DNA of 33,734 bases from Deltaproteobacteria bacterium (GTDB taxonomy: Bacteria > Myxococcota_A > Polyangia > Polyangiales > Houyiibacteriaceae), in NCBI GenBank assembly GCA_034670305.1, contig JAXMNT010000071.1:1-33734 (forward strand), given 5' to 3'. Made by a program: the position numbers and the translations under genes. Positions 8,360 to 20,156 of the stretch are shown here, piece by piece; positions within the stretch are counted from its first letter, which is position 1, and the number at the start of each line of letters is the position of its first letter. The notes under the pieces are model-generated. The model had not been told where the DNA came from and made no database searches. It was given only the letters and a program-made list of their open reading frames with translations.

Positions 8360-10612
8360 ATGACATTGCGTGGTTGGGTCGCGAGGCTGTGGACGTTGGG
8401 CTGGTGTGTTGGCGCGATGGCATTGGCTGGGTGCAGCGACACGCCCTCTTCGTCGTGCACGACCACCGCGGACTGCCCAAGCGGCACCCGCTGTGCCGAT
8501 GGGGTGTGTGAACGGCCCGACGCCGGTGGCGGCGCAGACAGCGGCCGCCTCGATGGCGACACGGCCGATGCGATGCCCGCAGGGGACGCGTCGATCGACG
8601 CGTTCTTCGAACCGGACGTCTTCGTGATCGAAGACGCAGCGTTCGATGCCGGCTTCGACACGCTCGGCGACAGCGACGGCGACAACATCTCGGACGCCCA
8701 AGAAGGCCGCCACCTCGACGTCGACACCGACGGAGACGGCATTCTCGACTACCTCGACGAAGACAGCGACGGCGACGGCATCCTCGACATCGACGAAGCG
8801 GGAGACACCGACGTCGCCTCGCGGCCGATCGACTCCGACTTCGATGGAACGCCCGACTTCCGCGACACCGACAGCGACGGCAACGGCGTGCCCGACGGCG
8901 TCGAAGGCCTTGGCGACCCCGACGGCGATGGGCGCCCGAACTTCCGCGACACCGACAACGACGGCGACTTCCTCTTCGACGATCTGGAGATCGGCCCGGA
9001 CCCGAGCATGCCGATCAACACGAGTGGCAGTGGCGAGCCGGACTACATGACGCCGGACAGCGACGGGGACACGATCCTGGACGGCACCGAGGACATCCTC
9101 GACACCGACGGCGACGGAACCGAAGACCGCCACGATCTGGACAGCGACAACGATGGCTGGACCGACGCGCAAGAAGCCGGCGACACCGATCTGTACACCG
9201 AGCCCGTCGACACCGACGGCGACGGCATCTACGACTTCCGCGATCCGGACAGCGATGGTGATGGCCTGAGCGACGCGGCCGAACGAACCGCGGGCACAAG
9301 CCGCATCCGCACCGACAGCGACGGAGACGGAGTCAGCGATCTCATCGAGGTCGGCGCCGGCACCGACCCGCTGGACGCCGGAGACTCGCCTCGGACCCGC
9401 GGTGACTTCGTGTTCGTCGTGCCCTTCATGGGCGCGCCGGATCCCACCGTCGACACGCTGCAGTTCGACACGACGCTGCAGAAGGCCGACGTGTACTTCT
9501 TGATGGACAACACCGGCTCGATGAGCGGCACCATCGCCGCGCTCCAGTCGGGTCTGACCAGCACCGTCATCCCGGACATTCGGACCCGCATCCCGGACGT
9601 GTGGTTCGGCGTCGGGGGATTCGACGACTACCCCATCGGCACCTACGGAAGCGCCTCGATCGGCACCGACAGCGTGGGCATCGTGCACGACCAAGCGTTC
9701 TTCCAGTACCAGATCATGACGAGCAGCACGGCGAGCGCGCAGGCGGGCGTGAACCGATACCGCACCAACGGTGGTTACGACGGACCCGAGTCCGGCGTGG
9801 CGGCGCTCTACGCGCTCGCGAGCCGCAACAACCTCGGCGGCTACGCCCGCTTTCCAGGCAACACCACCACCCTTCCCACCTGTCCGGGGGGTTACCGGGG
9901 CATGGCGTGTTTCCGGCCAGACGCGGTGCCGATCGTGGTCGTGATGTCGGACGTCGACCAGCACAACTCGCCGACGTGCGCGGGCTGCAACTACAACTCG
10001 AGCGTGCCGGGCAGTGGACCGACCTGGGCTCAGATGACGGCGGCGATGCTGGCCATCAACGGACGCACCGTGGGCATCAGCACCGCCGGCGGTTCTCGTG
10101 CGTTCCTCGAGCGCATGGTGACCGACACCACGCTCGCGGCCGGCGCCCCGGGCACCGCCGCGTCCTACGTGCTCAACGCACCGGGCGGCTCCGGTCTCTC
10201 GACCGCGGTCACCGATGCGGTGCGACGCGCGGCCGAGGTGCCGCTCGACGTGTCGGCGCAAGCGGTGGACATCGCGGTGCCGGGCGAGACGGTGGACGCG
10301 GTCGCCGCGTTCCTCGATCGGCTCGAGACCCGAAGCACCGCCGCGCCAGGGCTCACGTGCACGACGGGTCTCGCGGTCTACGACCGGGCCGGCATCGACT
10401 CCGATGCGGCGCCGGACACCTTCCGCGACGTGCCGCCGGGCAGCCCAGTGTGTTTCAACATCTTCCCGAAGATGAACACCACCGTGATGCCGACCACCGA
10501 CCCGCAGATCTTCGAAGCGCGGGTGAATGTGCTCGGCGACGGGTTCACGCCCCTCGACAACCGGCGCGTGTACTTCCTCGTGCCGCCGCGCATTCCAGAC
10601 CCGAACGAATAG
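8360..10612 (+). CDS. Lipoprotein with Ca-binding DxDxDG (TSP3-like) repeats and integrin-beta-like VWA domain
   Basis: GGAGG RBS before ATG 8360; LAGC lipobox; many D[ST]DGDG repeats; MIDAS-type DVYFLMDNTGSM; GGYDGPES. Confidence 0.85.
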   Translation: MTLRGWVARLWTLGWCVGAMALAGCSDTPSSSCTTTADCPSGTRCADGVCERPDAGGGADSGRLDGDTADAMPAGDASIDAFFEPDVFVIEDAAFDAGFDTLGDSDGDNISDAQEGRHLDVDTDGDGILDYLDEDSDGDGILDIDEAGDTDVASRPIDSDFDGTPDFRDTDSDGNGVPDGVEGLGDPDGDGRPNFRDTDNDGDFLFDDLEIGPDPSMPINTSGSGEPDYMTPDSDGDTILDGTEDILDTDGDGTEDRHDLDSDNDGWTDAQEAGDTDLYTEPVDTDGDGIYDFRDPDSDGDGLSDAAERTAGTSRIRTDSDGDGVSDLIEVGAGTDPLDAGDSPRTRGDFVFVVPFMGAPDPTVDTLQFDTTLQKADVYFLMDNTGSMSGTIAALQSGLTSTVIPDIRTRIPDVWFGVGGFDDYPIGTYGSASIGTDSVGIVHDQAFFQYQIMTSSTASAQAGVNRYRTNGGYDGPESGVAALYALASRNNLGGYARFPGNTTTLPTCPGGYRGMACFRPDAVPIVVVMSDVDQHNSPTCAGCNYNSSVPGSGPTWAQMTAAMLAINGRTVGISTAGGSRAFLERMVTDTTLAAGAPGTAASYVLNAPGGSGLSTAVTDAVRRAAEVPLDVSAQAVDIAVPGETVDAVAAFLDRLETRSTAAPGLTCTTGLAVYDRAGIDSDAAPDTFRDVPPGSPVCFNIFPKMNTTVMPTTDPQIFEARVNVLGDGFTPLDNRRVYFLVPPRIPDPNE

Positions 10613-10667
10613 GCAGCGCGCCTCACGTGGGCGCACAACCGGTCCTCACTGCTGGTAGACTCCGCGC

Positions 10668-11363
10668 ATGCGCACGGTATTCCTCGGCCGCACAGCCCCC
10701 GAACCCCGTCCCGAGGCTGCACGCCGTCGAATGTTCTCTCGATGGTGTGTGGCGATGGTGTTCGGGTCGACGCTCCTGGCGTTCGGCTGCGGCGACGACG
10801 ACTCGATGGTCGGCGTGGACGCAGGTCCCGGGCGGGACAGCGGGCCGAGGGCCGACACCGGGCCCAGGCCCGACACGGGTCCCCGCCCCGACACCGGGCC
10901 CGTCGAGGGATGCGAAGGCGGTCCGCTCGCCGAGCCCCTGCCCGACTGCACCCTGGCGCCCTTGCCTTCCACCGGCGACCTGCGCGAAGACTGCGTGCAG
11001 CGCATCAACCAATTCCGCGCCGAGTGTCAGTGCCTGCCGCCGCTCGAACGATGGGTTGACGGTGAAGCGTGCGCCGATGCGCACGCCGAGTACGACGCCA
11101 ACAGCGGCGTCGCGCACGACGGGTTCCGAAACATGATCTGCACGCCCGGTGGGCGAGGGCAGAACGAGTGCCCGGGCTACCGGAGCGAAGATCAGGTCAT
11201 CGGACTGTGCCTTCAGCAGATGTGGGACGAGGGTCCCGGTGAGCCGTTCAGCGAACACGGGCACTACATCAACATGACCAACCCCGCGCACGCGCGCGTG
11301 GCCTGCGGCTTCTTCACGACCTCGACCGGTGCGGTCTGGGCGATCCAGAACTTCTCCAACTGA
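10668..11363 (+). CDS. CAP/SCP-domain lipoprotein
   Basis: AFGC lipobox; INQFRA, AHDGF, GQNEC, MWDEG, GHYINM, VACGF, QNF motifs. Start is 10668 or 10731. Confidence 0.85.
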   Translation: MRTVFLGRTAPEPRPEAARRRMFSRWCVAMVFGSTLLAFGCGDDDSMVGVDAGPGRDSGPRADTGPRPDTGPRPDTGPVEGCEGGPLAEPLPDCTLAPLPSTGDLREDCVQRINQFRAECQCLPPLERWVDGEACADAHAEYDANSGVAHDGFRNMICTPGGRGQNECPGYRSEDQVIGLCLQQMWDEGPGEPFSEHGHYINMTNPAHARVACGFFTTSTGAVWAIQNFSN

Positions 11364-11505
11364 GCGTGCGCGTCGAGGCGGCCCAACAAATGGTCGGGCG
11401 GCGACCCGATGGCCGCTGGGCTGTGACAGAAGTTCCCACGCCCAGCGCCATCTCCCTCGGAAGCGCGGCGCCCCGCTTGGCCCGGGGATTGCTCGGTGGT
11501 GGGCC

Positions 11506-13354
11506 ATGAGCGTCGCGAGAAGTCTGTTCTGCGTGGGTTGTTGGTGCTGGGTCGGCTGTGGGGGCGGGACCCTCGGAGGCGGCGACAGCGGATCGGCGGA
11601 CGCGGACACCCGCCTGGATGCGGGGCTCGGCCGATGCGGTCGTGTCGGGGGACGCGGGGGACGATGCGGGGGTACCCCTCGACGCAGGTCCGACGGATCT
11701 CCGACCGGTCGACCCTCCGCCACCGGTCACGTTTCCGGACACCCTCGGCACCCTCAGCGTCGCCGTGCGAACCGCGGACGGCGCAAACGCTGGCACCGAC
11801 GATCCGATGGAATTCTGTCTGTCGGCCGAGCGCTGTTTTCGTCTGGACACGCCCGACGTCGACGACTTCCGGGTAGGCGAACTGGACATCTTCCACTTCG
11901 AGGGACTGTCGATCCCGCGCGACGAGATCACGCGCGTCGAGCTGCGCACCGCGAGCGTGGGCGACAACAACGACCGGTTCACCGCGGGCTGCCTCGAAGT
12001 GCGTTTCGATGGAGAGCCGGTCTACTGCAACGACGCGATTCCGGGGCACATCGGCATCGGACCGAGCGTCGGTGAGGTGCCTTCGTTCGTCGATCCCGCG
12101 GGGCTTCACGAGGTCTGCACCACCTGCCAGGTCGGCACGCTCACGCACGGTCCGATGCAAGGCGCGCCCACGGCGGGCGGCGCGCGGATCTGGGTGCGCA
12201 CCGACGCCACCCGGCGCGTCGGGCTGCGCATGGCGCGGCCAGGCGAACCGCTCGACGACGGACCGATCGTCGCGTGGGTGGACCCGAGGCCGGAACAAGA
12301 CTTCAACGCCGAGCTCACCCCGGCGACGCTCGAAAGCGACGTTTCGTATCAGGCACGGTTGGAGGTGGCTGGAGAAGTCCGCGGCGCGCCGTTCACCGTG
12401 CGCGCCGCACCCGAAGACCGGTCGACGGCGCTGCGCGTCGCGCTCGGTTCCTGCACCCGGTACGACGCACAACCCGCGTTCGCGCACGTCCACAGCCACG
12501 CGCCCGACACCTTCGTCTTCCTCGGCGACAACCACTACGGCAACACCAGCCACATCGCCGCGCACCGGCACCACTACCGCCGGTTTCGGGCCGTGCCCGA
12601 ACGCGCGATGACGGTGCGCGACGCTTGGACCCTCGCCACCTGGGACGACCACGACTTCGTCGGCAACAACGCCACCGCCACCTGCGCCGGACGGGACGAA
12701 GCCAAACGCGCATTCCTCGAGTTCTTCGCCACGCCCGTTCTGCCGCCCGGACCGGAAGGCATCTACCACGCGCAGCGCATCGGCCCCGTCGAGTTCTTCA
12801 TGATGGACTCGCGCACGTTCCGACCCGAAGTGGGCGACCCCGGGCGACGGTGCGACGAGGACCCGAGCGCGGTCGACCCCGGGCGCGCCGCTGGCATGTT
12901 CGGCCCCGTCCAGGTCGAGTGGTTGCTCGACGCGCTCGAAGCGTCCACCGCCCCGTTCAAGTTCGTCGCGAACGGAAGCCGCTGGACCGACGAAGGATCC
13001 CGCGACTCGTGGTCTTCGTTCTTGCCGGCGCGCAACGCCCTCTTCGACGCCATCGACGCGCGCGGCATCGAAGGCGTCGTGCTCTTGAGCGGCGACATCC
13101 ACCGCAGCAACCTCGCGTGGGTGGACCGCCCGAGCGGCTACCGGATGCCGGAGATCACCTCGTCACCCTTGGCGAACTCGAGCGGCAGCTGCCCCGACGA
13201 AGGACCGAACCAGCTCTTCTGCCACAGCGGCATCAGCTTCGCGGTGCTCGACGTCGACACCGCGCTCGATGACCCGATGCTCACCGTCTCGATCCGAGAC
13301 GACGCCAACGTCGAACGCTACAACTGGGTCATCCGAGCCAGCGAACTCCGGTAG
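11506..13354 (+). CDS. PhoD-family alkaline phosphatase with PLAT/LH2-like domain; apparent frameshift near 11622-11625
   Basis: PhoD motifs FLGDNHY, WDDHD, DSR, LSGDIH, EITSS in frame 11558..13354. The signal peptide/lipobox (MSVARSLFCVGCWCWVGC) lies in a different frame. Confidence 0.85.
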
Positions 13355-13389
13355 GGCCGCCAGTCTCGCGAAGCGAGCCAGGCCCGTAG
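13352..13389 (+). repeat. REP-like family B copy 2 (38 bp)
   Basis: Identical to the reverse complement of 898-935; begins with the PhoD TAG stop. Confidence 0.9.
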
Positions 13390-13399
13390 TGGCAATTGA

Positions 13400-15085
13400 T
13401 CAGAGCGTCTCGTCGCTGAGCATCTTGCGGGGGTTGAGGATGCCGGTGGGGTCGACCGTCTTCTTGGCGTCGCTGAGCAGGTCCACCGCGAGGGCGCCCT
13501 TCTCGGTCGCGAACCACTCCGCGTGATCTTTGCCGACCCCGTGGTGGTGGCTGATCGTGCCGCCGAGTTTCGAGATGGCCTCGGAGGCGGCGCGTTTCAC
13601 GCGGACCCACTGGGCGAGTTCGTCTTCGAGGTCGCGCGCGAAGATGTACGTGAAGTAGAGGGACGCACCGTCGGCGTAGCTGTGCGAGATGTGGGTGAGC
13701 ACCCCAGAGTTCGGTCCGAGTTCCGCGCGGATCGCGGCCCGCACTCCGTCGTAGAGGCGCGGGAGGTTGCCCCACTCGGTCGACGTCTCGAGGGTGTCGA
13801 TCCCGATGCCGCGATCGAGCATCGGATCGCGCAGGTAGGGCATCGCAAAACGCTGCTCGTACCAGGCGTGGCCGGGACCCTGGCCGACCGGCAGCCCGCC
13901 ACCGCGCGTCGCGGTCCAGAGCGTGCGACCGAGCGCGTGACGCACGTCGCTCTTGGCCCCTTCGAGCCCGATCATCAGCACGCATCGGCCGGCGCCGTAG
14001 CCGGCTTTGTCGAGCACCTTCTCCGCGTTCTTCTCGACGCGGCTCGGGGGCTTGATGAGGTTCTTGAAGGTGCCGAAGAAGTGGGTCTCCTCGGCGTCCG
14101 AGAGCCGCATCATCGCGACGCCGATGCCGGCCTGCACGATCTCGCGCACCACGGCCGCCCCGGCCTCGAAGCTCTTGAAGAGGTACGCGCGGTAGTCGCG
14201 GGTCTCGGGCAAGCGGTGGATCTTCACCGTCGCTTCGGTGATGACCCCGAGCACGCCTTCGCTGCCCGCGATGAGCTCGTTCATGTCCGGCCCGGCAGCG
14301 GACTGCGGGAACGGCAGCGTGCGCCACTCTCCAGTCGGCGTGGCGAGGCGCGCCGCGACCAACCACTTGTTCGCCGCGCCATAGCGGTTCGACTGCTGGC
14401 CCGCGCCGCGCGCGGCGATCCACCCGCCAAGGGTCGAGAACTCGAACGACTGCGGGTAGTGCCCGAGCGTCCAGCCTTCCGACTGCAAGCGGTCTTCGAG
14501 ATCCGGACCCCAGATGCCGCACTGGAAGGTCGCGGTGTGGGAGACCTCGTCGATCTCCAGGAGCTGCGCCATGCGCGTGGTGTCCACGGTGACGACCGCT
14601 TTGTGCTTCGGCCCGGCCAGCCCTTCGACCCCGCCGACCACACTCGAGCCGCCACCGAACGGGACCACGGCGGTCTTGTACTTCGCGCAGGCGGTGAGCA
14701 CCGCGAGCGTCTCGTCGTGGGACTCCGGGTACACGACCGCGTCCGGGGCGGTCTCGAGCTGACCGGCGCGCAAACGGATCAGATCCGGGTAGCTGCGTCC
14801 GCAGGCATGGGCGGCGCGCTCCAGGTCCGAGGTCTTCACCCGGTCCTCGGACGTGGCGGCCACAAGCGCCTCTTCCAGCTTGGCCGGCAGACGGGCGGGG
14901 CGGAGGGTGGACGCGTCGAGCTCCACCGGGGGGGTCTCGGGCAGGGTCGGCAGACCGATGGCGTCGCGCACGAAGTCCCAGACCCCTTGGTCGTTGCCTT
15001 TGAGATCAAACGTCTGGCGCCTGAGTCCCCACCCATTCCAACGAAGTTCCTCGCGGCTGTACGGCATGAAAGCGTTAGAGCGCAT
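13400..15085 (-). CDS. FAD-linked oxidase, alkyl-dihydroxyacetonephosphate synthase-like
   Basis: [56 protein letters not shown]. Start is 15085 or 15067. Confidence 0.85.
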   Translation of the reverse strand: MRSNAFMPYSREELRWNGWGLRRQTFDLKGNDQGVWDFVRDAIGLPTLPETPPVELDASTLRPARLPAKLEEALVAATSEDRVKTSDLERAAHACGRSYPDLIRLRAGQLETAPDAVVYPESHDETLAVLTACAKYKTAVVPFGGGSSVVGGVEGLAGPKHKAVVTVDTTRMAQLLEIDEVSHTATFQCGIWGPDLEDRLQSEGWTLGHYPQSFEFSTLGGWIAARGAGQQSNRYGAANKWLVAARLATPTGEWRTLPFPQSAAGPDMNELIAGSEGVLGVITEATVKIHRLPETRDYRAYLFKSFEAGAAVVREIVQAGIGVAMMRLSDAEETHFFGTFKNLIKPPSRVEKNAEKVLDKAGYGAGRCVLMIGLEGAKSDVRHALGRTLWTATRGGGLPVGQGPGHAWYEQRFAMPYLRDPMLDRGIGIDTLETSTEWGNLPRLYDGVRAAIRAELGPNSGVLTHISHSYADGASLYFTYIFARDLEDELAQWVRVKRAASEAISKLGGTISHHHGVGKDHAEWFATEKGALAVDLLSDAKKTVDPTGILNPRKMLSDETL

Positions 15086-15243
15086 CTGAGCCCGCTTGGC
15101 CAGCGGACCCCCCTGGCGTCGGCCTTCAACTTTGCGGGCCCAGTTGCTATAAGGCCCACCCCGTACCGCGACACCAGGACTTCCCCGTCGGGACGTCCGG
15201 GTGGCCGCAAGCGCTTGACCCACCACGGGAAGAGGACCCCCGA

Positions 15244-16428
<1,185 letters not shown>

Positions 16429-16437
16429 GGAACAACC

Positions 16438-17328
16438 ATGTCGATTTACGTCAACAAAGAAACCAAACTCCTCGTTCAGGGCATCACCGGTTCCGCCGGG
16501 TCCTTTCACGCGGGTCAATGCCAGGACTACGGCACCCAGCTCGTCGCGGGCGTCACCCCAGGACGCGGCGGACAGAAGTGGGAGAACCCGAGTGGCAAGG
16601 GCGGCGCGCCCGTGTTCGACACGGTCCGTGAAGCCAAAGAGAAGACCGGCGCCAACACGAGCGTCATCTTCGTGCCGCCGCCGTTCGCCGCCGACGCGAT
16701 ACTCGAAGCGGTGGACGCGGAGCTCGACCTCGTCGTCGTCATCACCGAGGGCATTCCGGTCATGGACATGCTTCGGGTGCGCCGGGTGCTGGACAGCCAG
16801 ACCGGCACGCGCGTCATCGGACCGAACTGCCCCGGCGTGATCACGCCAGACGAATGCAAGATCGGCATCATGCCGGGCCACATCCACCTGCGCGGCAACG
16901 TCGGCGTCGTCAGCAAGAGCGGCACGTTGACCTACGAAGCGGTGGGCCAGTTGACCGCGCTCGGTCTCGGGCAGACGACCGCCATCGGCATCGGCGGCGA
17001 CCCCATCAACGGCACCGGGTTCATCGAGGTTCTGGAGAAGTTCCAGGAAGACGACGAGACCAAGGGCGTCGTGCTCATCGGTGAAATCGGCGGCTCCGCG
17101 GAAGAAGAAGCCGCCGCCTGGATCAAGGACCACTTCACGAAGCCGGTCGCTGGGTTCATCGCGGGACGCACCGCGCCTCCCGGCAAACGCATGGGCCACG
17201 CCGGCGCGATCATCAGCGGTGGCAAGGGCACAGCGGACGCGAAGATCAGCGCGCTCGAGGACGCGGGCGTCAAGGTCGCGCCCACGCCGAGCGACATGGG
17301 CACCACCATGGCGACGCTGCTGAAGTAA
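16438..17328 (+). CDS. sucD: Succinyl-CoA ligase alpha subunit
   Basis: [27 protein letters not shown]. Confidence 0.98.
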   Translation: MSIYVNKETKLLVQGITGSAGSFHAGQCQDYGTQLVAGVTPGRGGQKWENPSGKGGAPVFDTVREAKEKTGANTSVIFVPPPFAADAILEAVDAELDLVVVITEGIPVMDMLRVRRVLDSQTGTRVIGPNCPGVITPDECKIGIMPGHIHLRGNVGVVSKSGTLTYEAVGQLTALGLGQTTAIGIGGDPINGTGFIEVLEKFQEDDETKGVVLIGEIGGSAEEEAAAWIKDHFTKPVAGFIAGRTAPPGKRMGHAGAIISGGKGTADAKISALEDAGVKVAPTPSDMGTTMATLLK

Positions 17329-17352
17329 GCGTCCCAAGGTGCGATCGCGCTG

Positions 17353-17380
17353 CGCCTCCGCCTCCGGGCGGGGGCGTTTT
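17353..17380 (+). terminator. Intrinsic terminator after sucD
   Basis: CGCCTCCGCC-TCCG-GGCGGGGGCG stem followed by TTTT. Confidence 0.65.
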
Positions 17381-17427
17381 GCGTGGTGCTGGTGTCTCGC
17401 CGGCCCCTGGGGCAGGCTTGGCGCTGG

Positions 17428-18285
17428 ATGCCTCTTCTCCACCGGCTGTGCCTGGAGCGCGTCTCCACTTTGGGGTTCGGCTGCGCGCTGCTCCTCTGCG
17501 TGCTCGGGTGCAAAGACGAGTCGGTTCCGGATCACCCGCTCGTCAACGAAGACCGAATGCAGGAGATCCTCGAGCGCTACCAAGACCCGGAGTACAGCCC
17601 CTTTGACATGTCGGGGCTTCCGCGCCGGCACCTCGAAGAACCTCCCGAGCGTGAGGTGCGGCCGCTGCGGGGACCGGCGATCGAAGCGATGGACGTGTAC
17701 CGGGAGCTCATCGAAGCGTACGCGGCCGGAGACGCCGACGCCTACCTCTCCGGGTTCACGGATCCGGTCGAGTGCTTCTACGACCGGCGCGGCATCCCAC
17801 GCGACCAGGTGCGCAACGCCCGCCAGGCCCAGCTGCGGCCCGGTCGCGGCATCATCCACCTGCAACCGATCTGGTCCGGACGCGATGCGATCGAGTTCGT
17901 CGAAGACGGCTGGTCGGGGCAAGCCCGCCACCAGACCGCCCTCCCCCAACGACTGCGGGTGCGGATGGCGAAGGCCGGCGGGCAGTGGCGGGTCTCCCAT
18001 GTGGCCAGAGACGACGGCGCGCTCTGCGGCGACCCCGTGACCGAGGTCCCGCCCGACGCGTTCTACGCGGCGCTCGAGAGCTCCTGGACCCGCCACGCAG
18101 CCCGCTGCGAGGGCCATCCCCCCGAGGGCCGCTGCGCACCGACCCGAGGCTTCCCAGACGTCGAAGCCCTCTGCCGCCCCCGCCTCGGCTGCCCCCTCGC
18201 CGCCGACATCCCCTGCCCCGGCCTCACCGCCTGCCGCACCCACCTCGAAGGCCTCCTCGCCGCCTTCCTGGGCCCAGACGACTGA
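17428..18285 (+). CDS. Hypothetical lipoprotein
   Basis: VLGC lipobox, possible NTF2-like segment ([14 protein letters not shown]) and Cys-rich C-terminus. Start uncertain (17383 alternative). Confidence 0.6.
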   Translation: MPLLHRLCLERVSTLGFGCALLLCVLGCKDESVPDHPLVNEDRMQEILERYQDPEYSPFDMSGLPRRHLEEPPEREVRPLRGPAIEAMDVYRELIEAYAAGDADAYLSGFTDPVECFYDRRGIPRDQVRNARQAQLRPGRGIIHLQPIWSGRDAIEFVEDGWSGQARHQTALPQRLRVRMAKAGGQWRVSHVARDDGALCGDPVTEVPPDAFYAALESSWTRHAARCEGHPPEGRCAPTRGFPDVEALCRPRLGCPLAADIPCPGLTACRTHLEGLLAAFLGPDD

Positions 18286-18291
18286 GTCGCG

Positions 18292-18560
18292 GTCGGCGTC
18301 GGGTTCGGGGTTCGGGGTCGGGTTCGGCTTCGGCTTCGGCATCGGCATCGGCTTCGGCTTCGGCTTCGGCTTCGGCTTCGGCCTCGGCTTCGGCTTCGGC
18401 TTCGGGGTCGGCTTCGGCTTCGGGGTCGGCTTCGGCTTCGGCCTCGGCTTCGGCTTCGGCTTCGGATTCGGATTCGGATTCGGATTCGGCTTCGGCGTCG
18501 GCCCTTCGGACTCGCACCAAGGGCACCTGCAAGGGCTCCTGCAAGGGCAAGGGCAAGGGG
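18292..18560. repeat. Composite tract (TTCGGC)n followed by (CAAGGG)n
   Basis: Between convergent genes. Junction GCACCAAGGGCAC (18514-18526) is the reverse complement of 28306-28318. Confidence 0.9.
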
Positions 18561-18581
18561 CGCTTGGCTTTGCCTTCGCGC

Positions 18582-19523
18582 CTAGAGGTCGGACTGCGGG
18601 AACGCGAGCACTTCGGCGATGTGCGTCTTGCCGAGCGCGAGCATCACGAGGCGGTCCACGCCCAGTGCGTTGCCGGCAGCTGGCGGGCAGAGGCCGAGCT
18701 CTTTCAAAAAGCGTTCGTCGAGTGGCGGGGTCTCGAGCCCGGCCTGGCGGCGGGCCGCCAGGTCCGCTTCGAAGCGGGCGCGTTGTTCCACCGGATCGGT
18801 GAGCTCGCCGAATCCGTTGCAGAGTTCGAGTCCACCGACGTACGCCTCGAAGCGCTCCGCCACCCGCGCGTCGTCCGGGTCCAGCCGCGCGAGCGAGGCC
18901 ATGCGCGCGGGCCAGTGGGTGAGGAAGGTCGGCCGCGTCTCGAGCGCGGGCTCGATCCGTTCGACGAGCGCCTCGAAGAACGCGTCGTCCGTGGTCGGGT
19001 CGTCGATGTCGACCTCCGGCGCCCACGCCGCAAACGCGTCGCGGACGGTCAGCCGGCGCCAAGGCAGCGCGGTGTTCAACGCGCCCACCGCTGCGGCACC
19101 GTCGGAGTCGATGGGACCGCCGGCGTGGAGCCGTCCATCGGGTCCACCCGCAACCTGCGCGACGTGATTCACCAGCGCTTCGGTGTCGGCGATCACGTCG
19201 CGCATCGCGCCCGGTCCCCGGTACCACTCGAGCATGGTGAACTCGCGTTCGTGGTGGGCCCCGACCTCTTCGCGGCGAAACGCTTTGGCGATCTGAAAGA
19301 CCTTGGTCGCGCCCCGCGCGAGCAGCCGCTTCATCTGGAATTCAGGGCTCGTCGCGAGCCAGCCAGCCCCGCCCACCTCGAACGGACGCAGATGCACGTC
19401 GAGCCCTGGGCACGGCACGATCGCGGGCGTCTCGACTTCCAGAAAACCCCGCGCACGAAAAAACGCGCGGATGGCGCCAAGCACCTCCGCGCGTCGTTCG
19501 AGCGTCTCGACGGTGGCGCTCAA
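18582..19523 (-). CDS. epmA: EF-P lysine--beta-lysine ligase
   Basis: LysRS2-like catalytic domain only: [49 protein letters not shown]. Adjacent to efp. Confidence 0.93.
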   Translation of the reverse strand: MSATVETLERRAEVLGAIRAFFRARGFLEVETPAIVPCPGLDVHLRPFEVGGAGWLATSPEFQMKRLLARGATKVFQIAKAFRREEVGAHHEREFTMLEWYRGPGAMRDVIADTEALVNHVAQVAGGPDGRLHAGGPIDSDGAAAVGALNTALPWRRLTVRDAFAAWAPEVDIDDPTTDDAFFEALVERIEPALETRPTFLTHWPARMASLARLDPDDARVAERFEAYVGGLELCNGFGELTDPVEQRARFEADLAARRQAGLETPPLDERFLKELGLCPPAAGNALGVDRLVMLALGKTHIAEVLAFPQSDL

Positions 19524-19527
19524 CGCC

Positions 19528-20091
19528 TCAGTTCTTGACGCGCTCGACGTAGCTCGCGGTGCGGGTGTCGATCTTCAGCCACTCGTTCTGGTTGATGAAG
19601 AGCGGGACGTTGACGATGAGTCCGGTGCTCATCTTCGCGTGCTTGGTCGTGTTGCCCGAGGTGTCGCCCTTGAACCCGGGTTCGGTCTCGACGACTTCGA
19701 GCTCGACGAACGTCGGAGGCGTGATGTCGATCGGCCGGCCTTCGAAGAGCATCACCGAGACGGTCATGTTGTCGACGAGGAAGAAGACGTTGTCGCCGAG
19801 TTGCTCTTTCGAGATGCGCATCTGCTCGTACGTGGTGCTGTCCATGAACACGTACTGGTCGCCCTCGGCGTACAGGTACTGCATGTCGACTTCTTCGGTG
19901 TCGGCTTTGTCGATGCTCTCGCCGCTCTTGAACGTGCGGTCGAGCTGCGCGCCCGTCTGCATGTTCTTGAGCTTCACCTTGAAGAGCGCCTGGCCCTTGC
20001 CGGGCTTCTTGAACTGGCTCTCGACGACGACGTACGGCTTGCCGTCCAGCAGCATCTTGTAGCCCTTCTTGAGGTCGGACGTGTCACCCAT
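19528..20091 (-). CDS. efp: Elongation factor P
   Basis: KPGKGQA loop, MQYLY, TEPGFKGDT, VPLFI, KIDTR...YVER. Confidence 0.97.
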   Translation of the reverse strand: MGDTSDLKKGYKMLLDGKPYVVVESQFKKPGKGQALFKVKLKNMQTGAQLDRTFKSGESIDKADTEEVDMQYLYAEGDQYVFMDSTTYEQMRISKEQLGDNVFFLVDNMTVSVMLFEGRPIDITPPTFVELEVVETEPGFKGDTSGNTTKHAKMSTGLIVNVPLFINQNEWLKIDTRTASYVERVKN

Positions 20092-20156
20092 CTGTCGCTC
20101 CTATTTCTTTCGCTGCGATCGACGCAGCCGCCCGCACCTGAGTGCGAGGTTGAATC

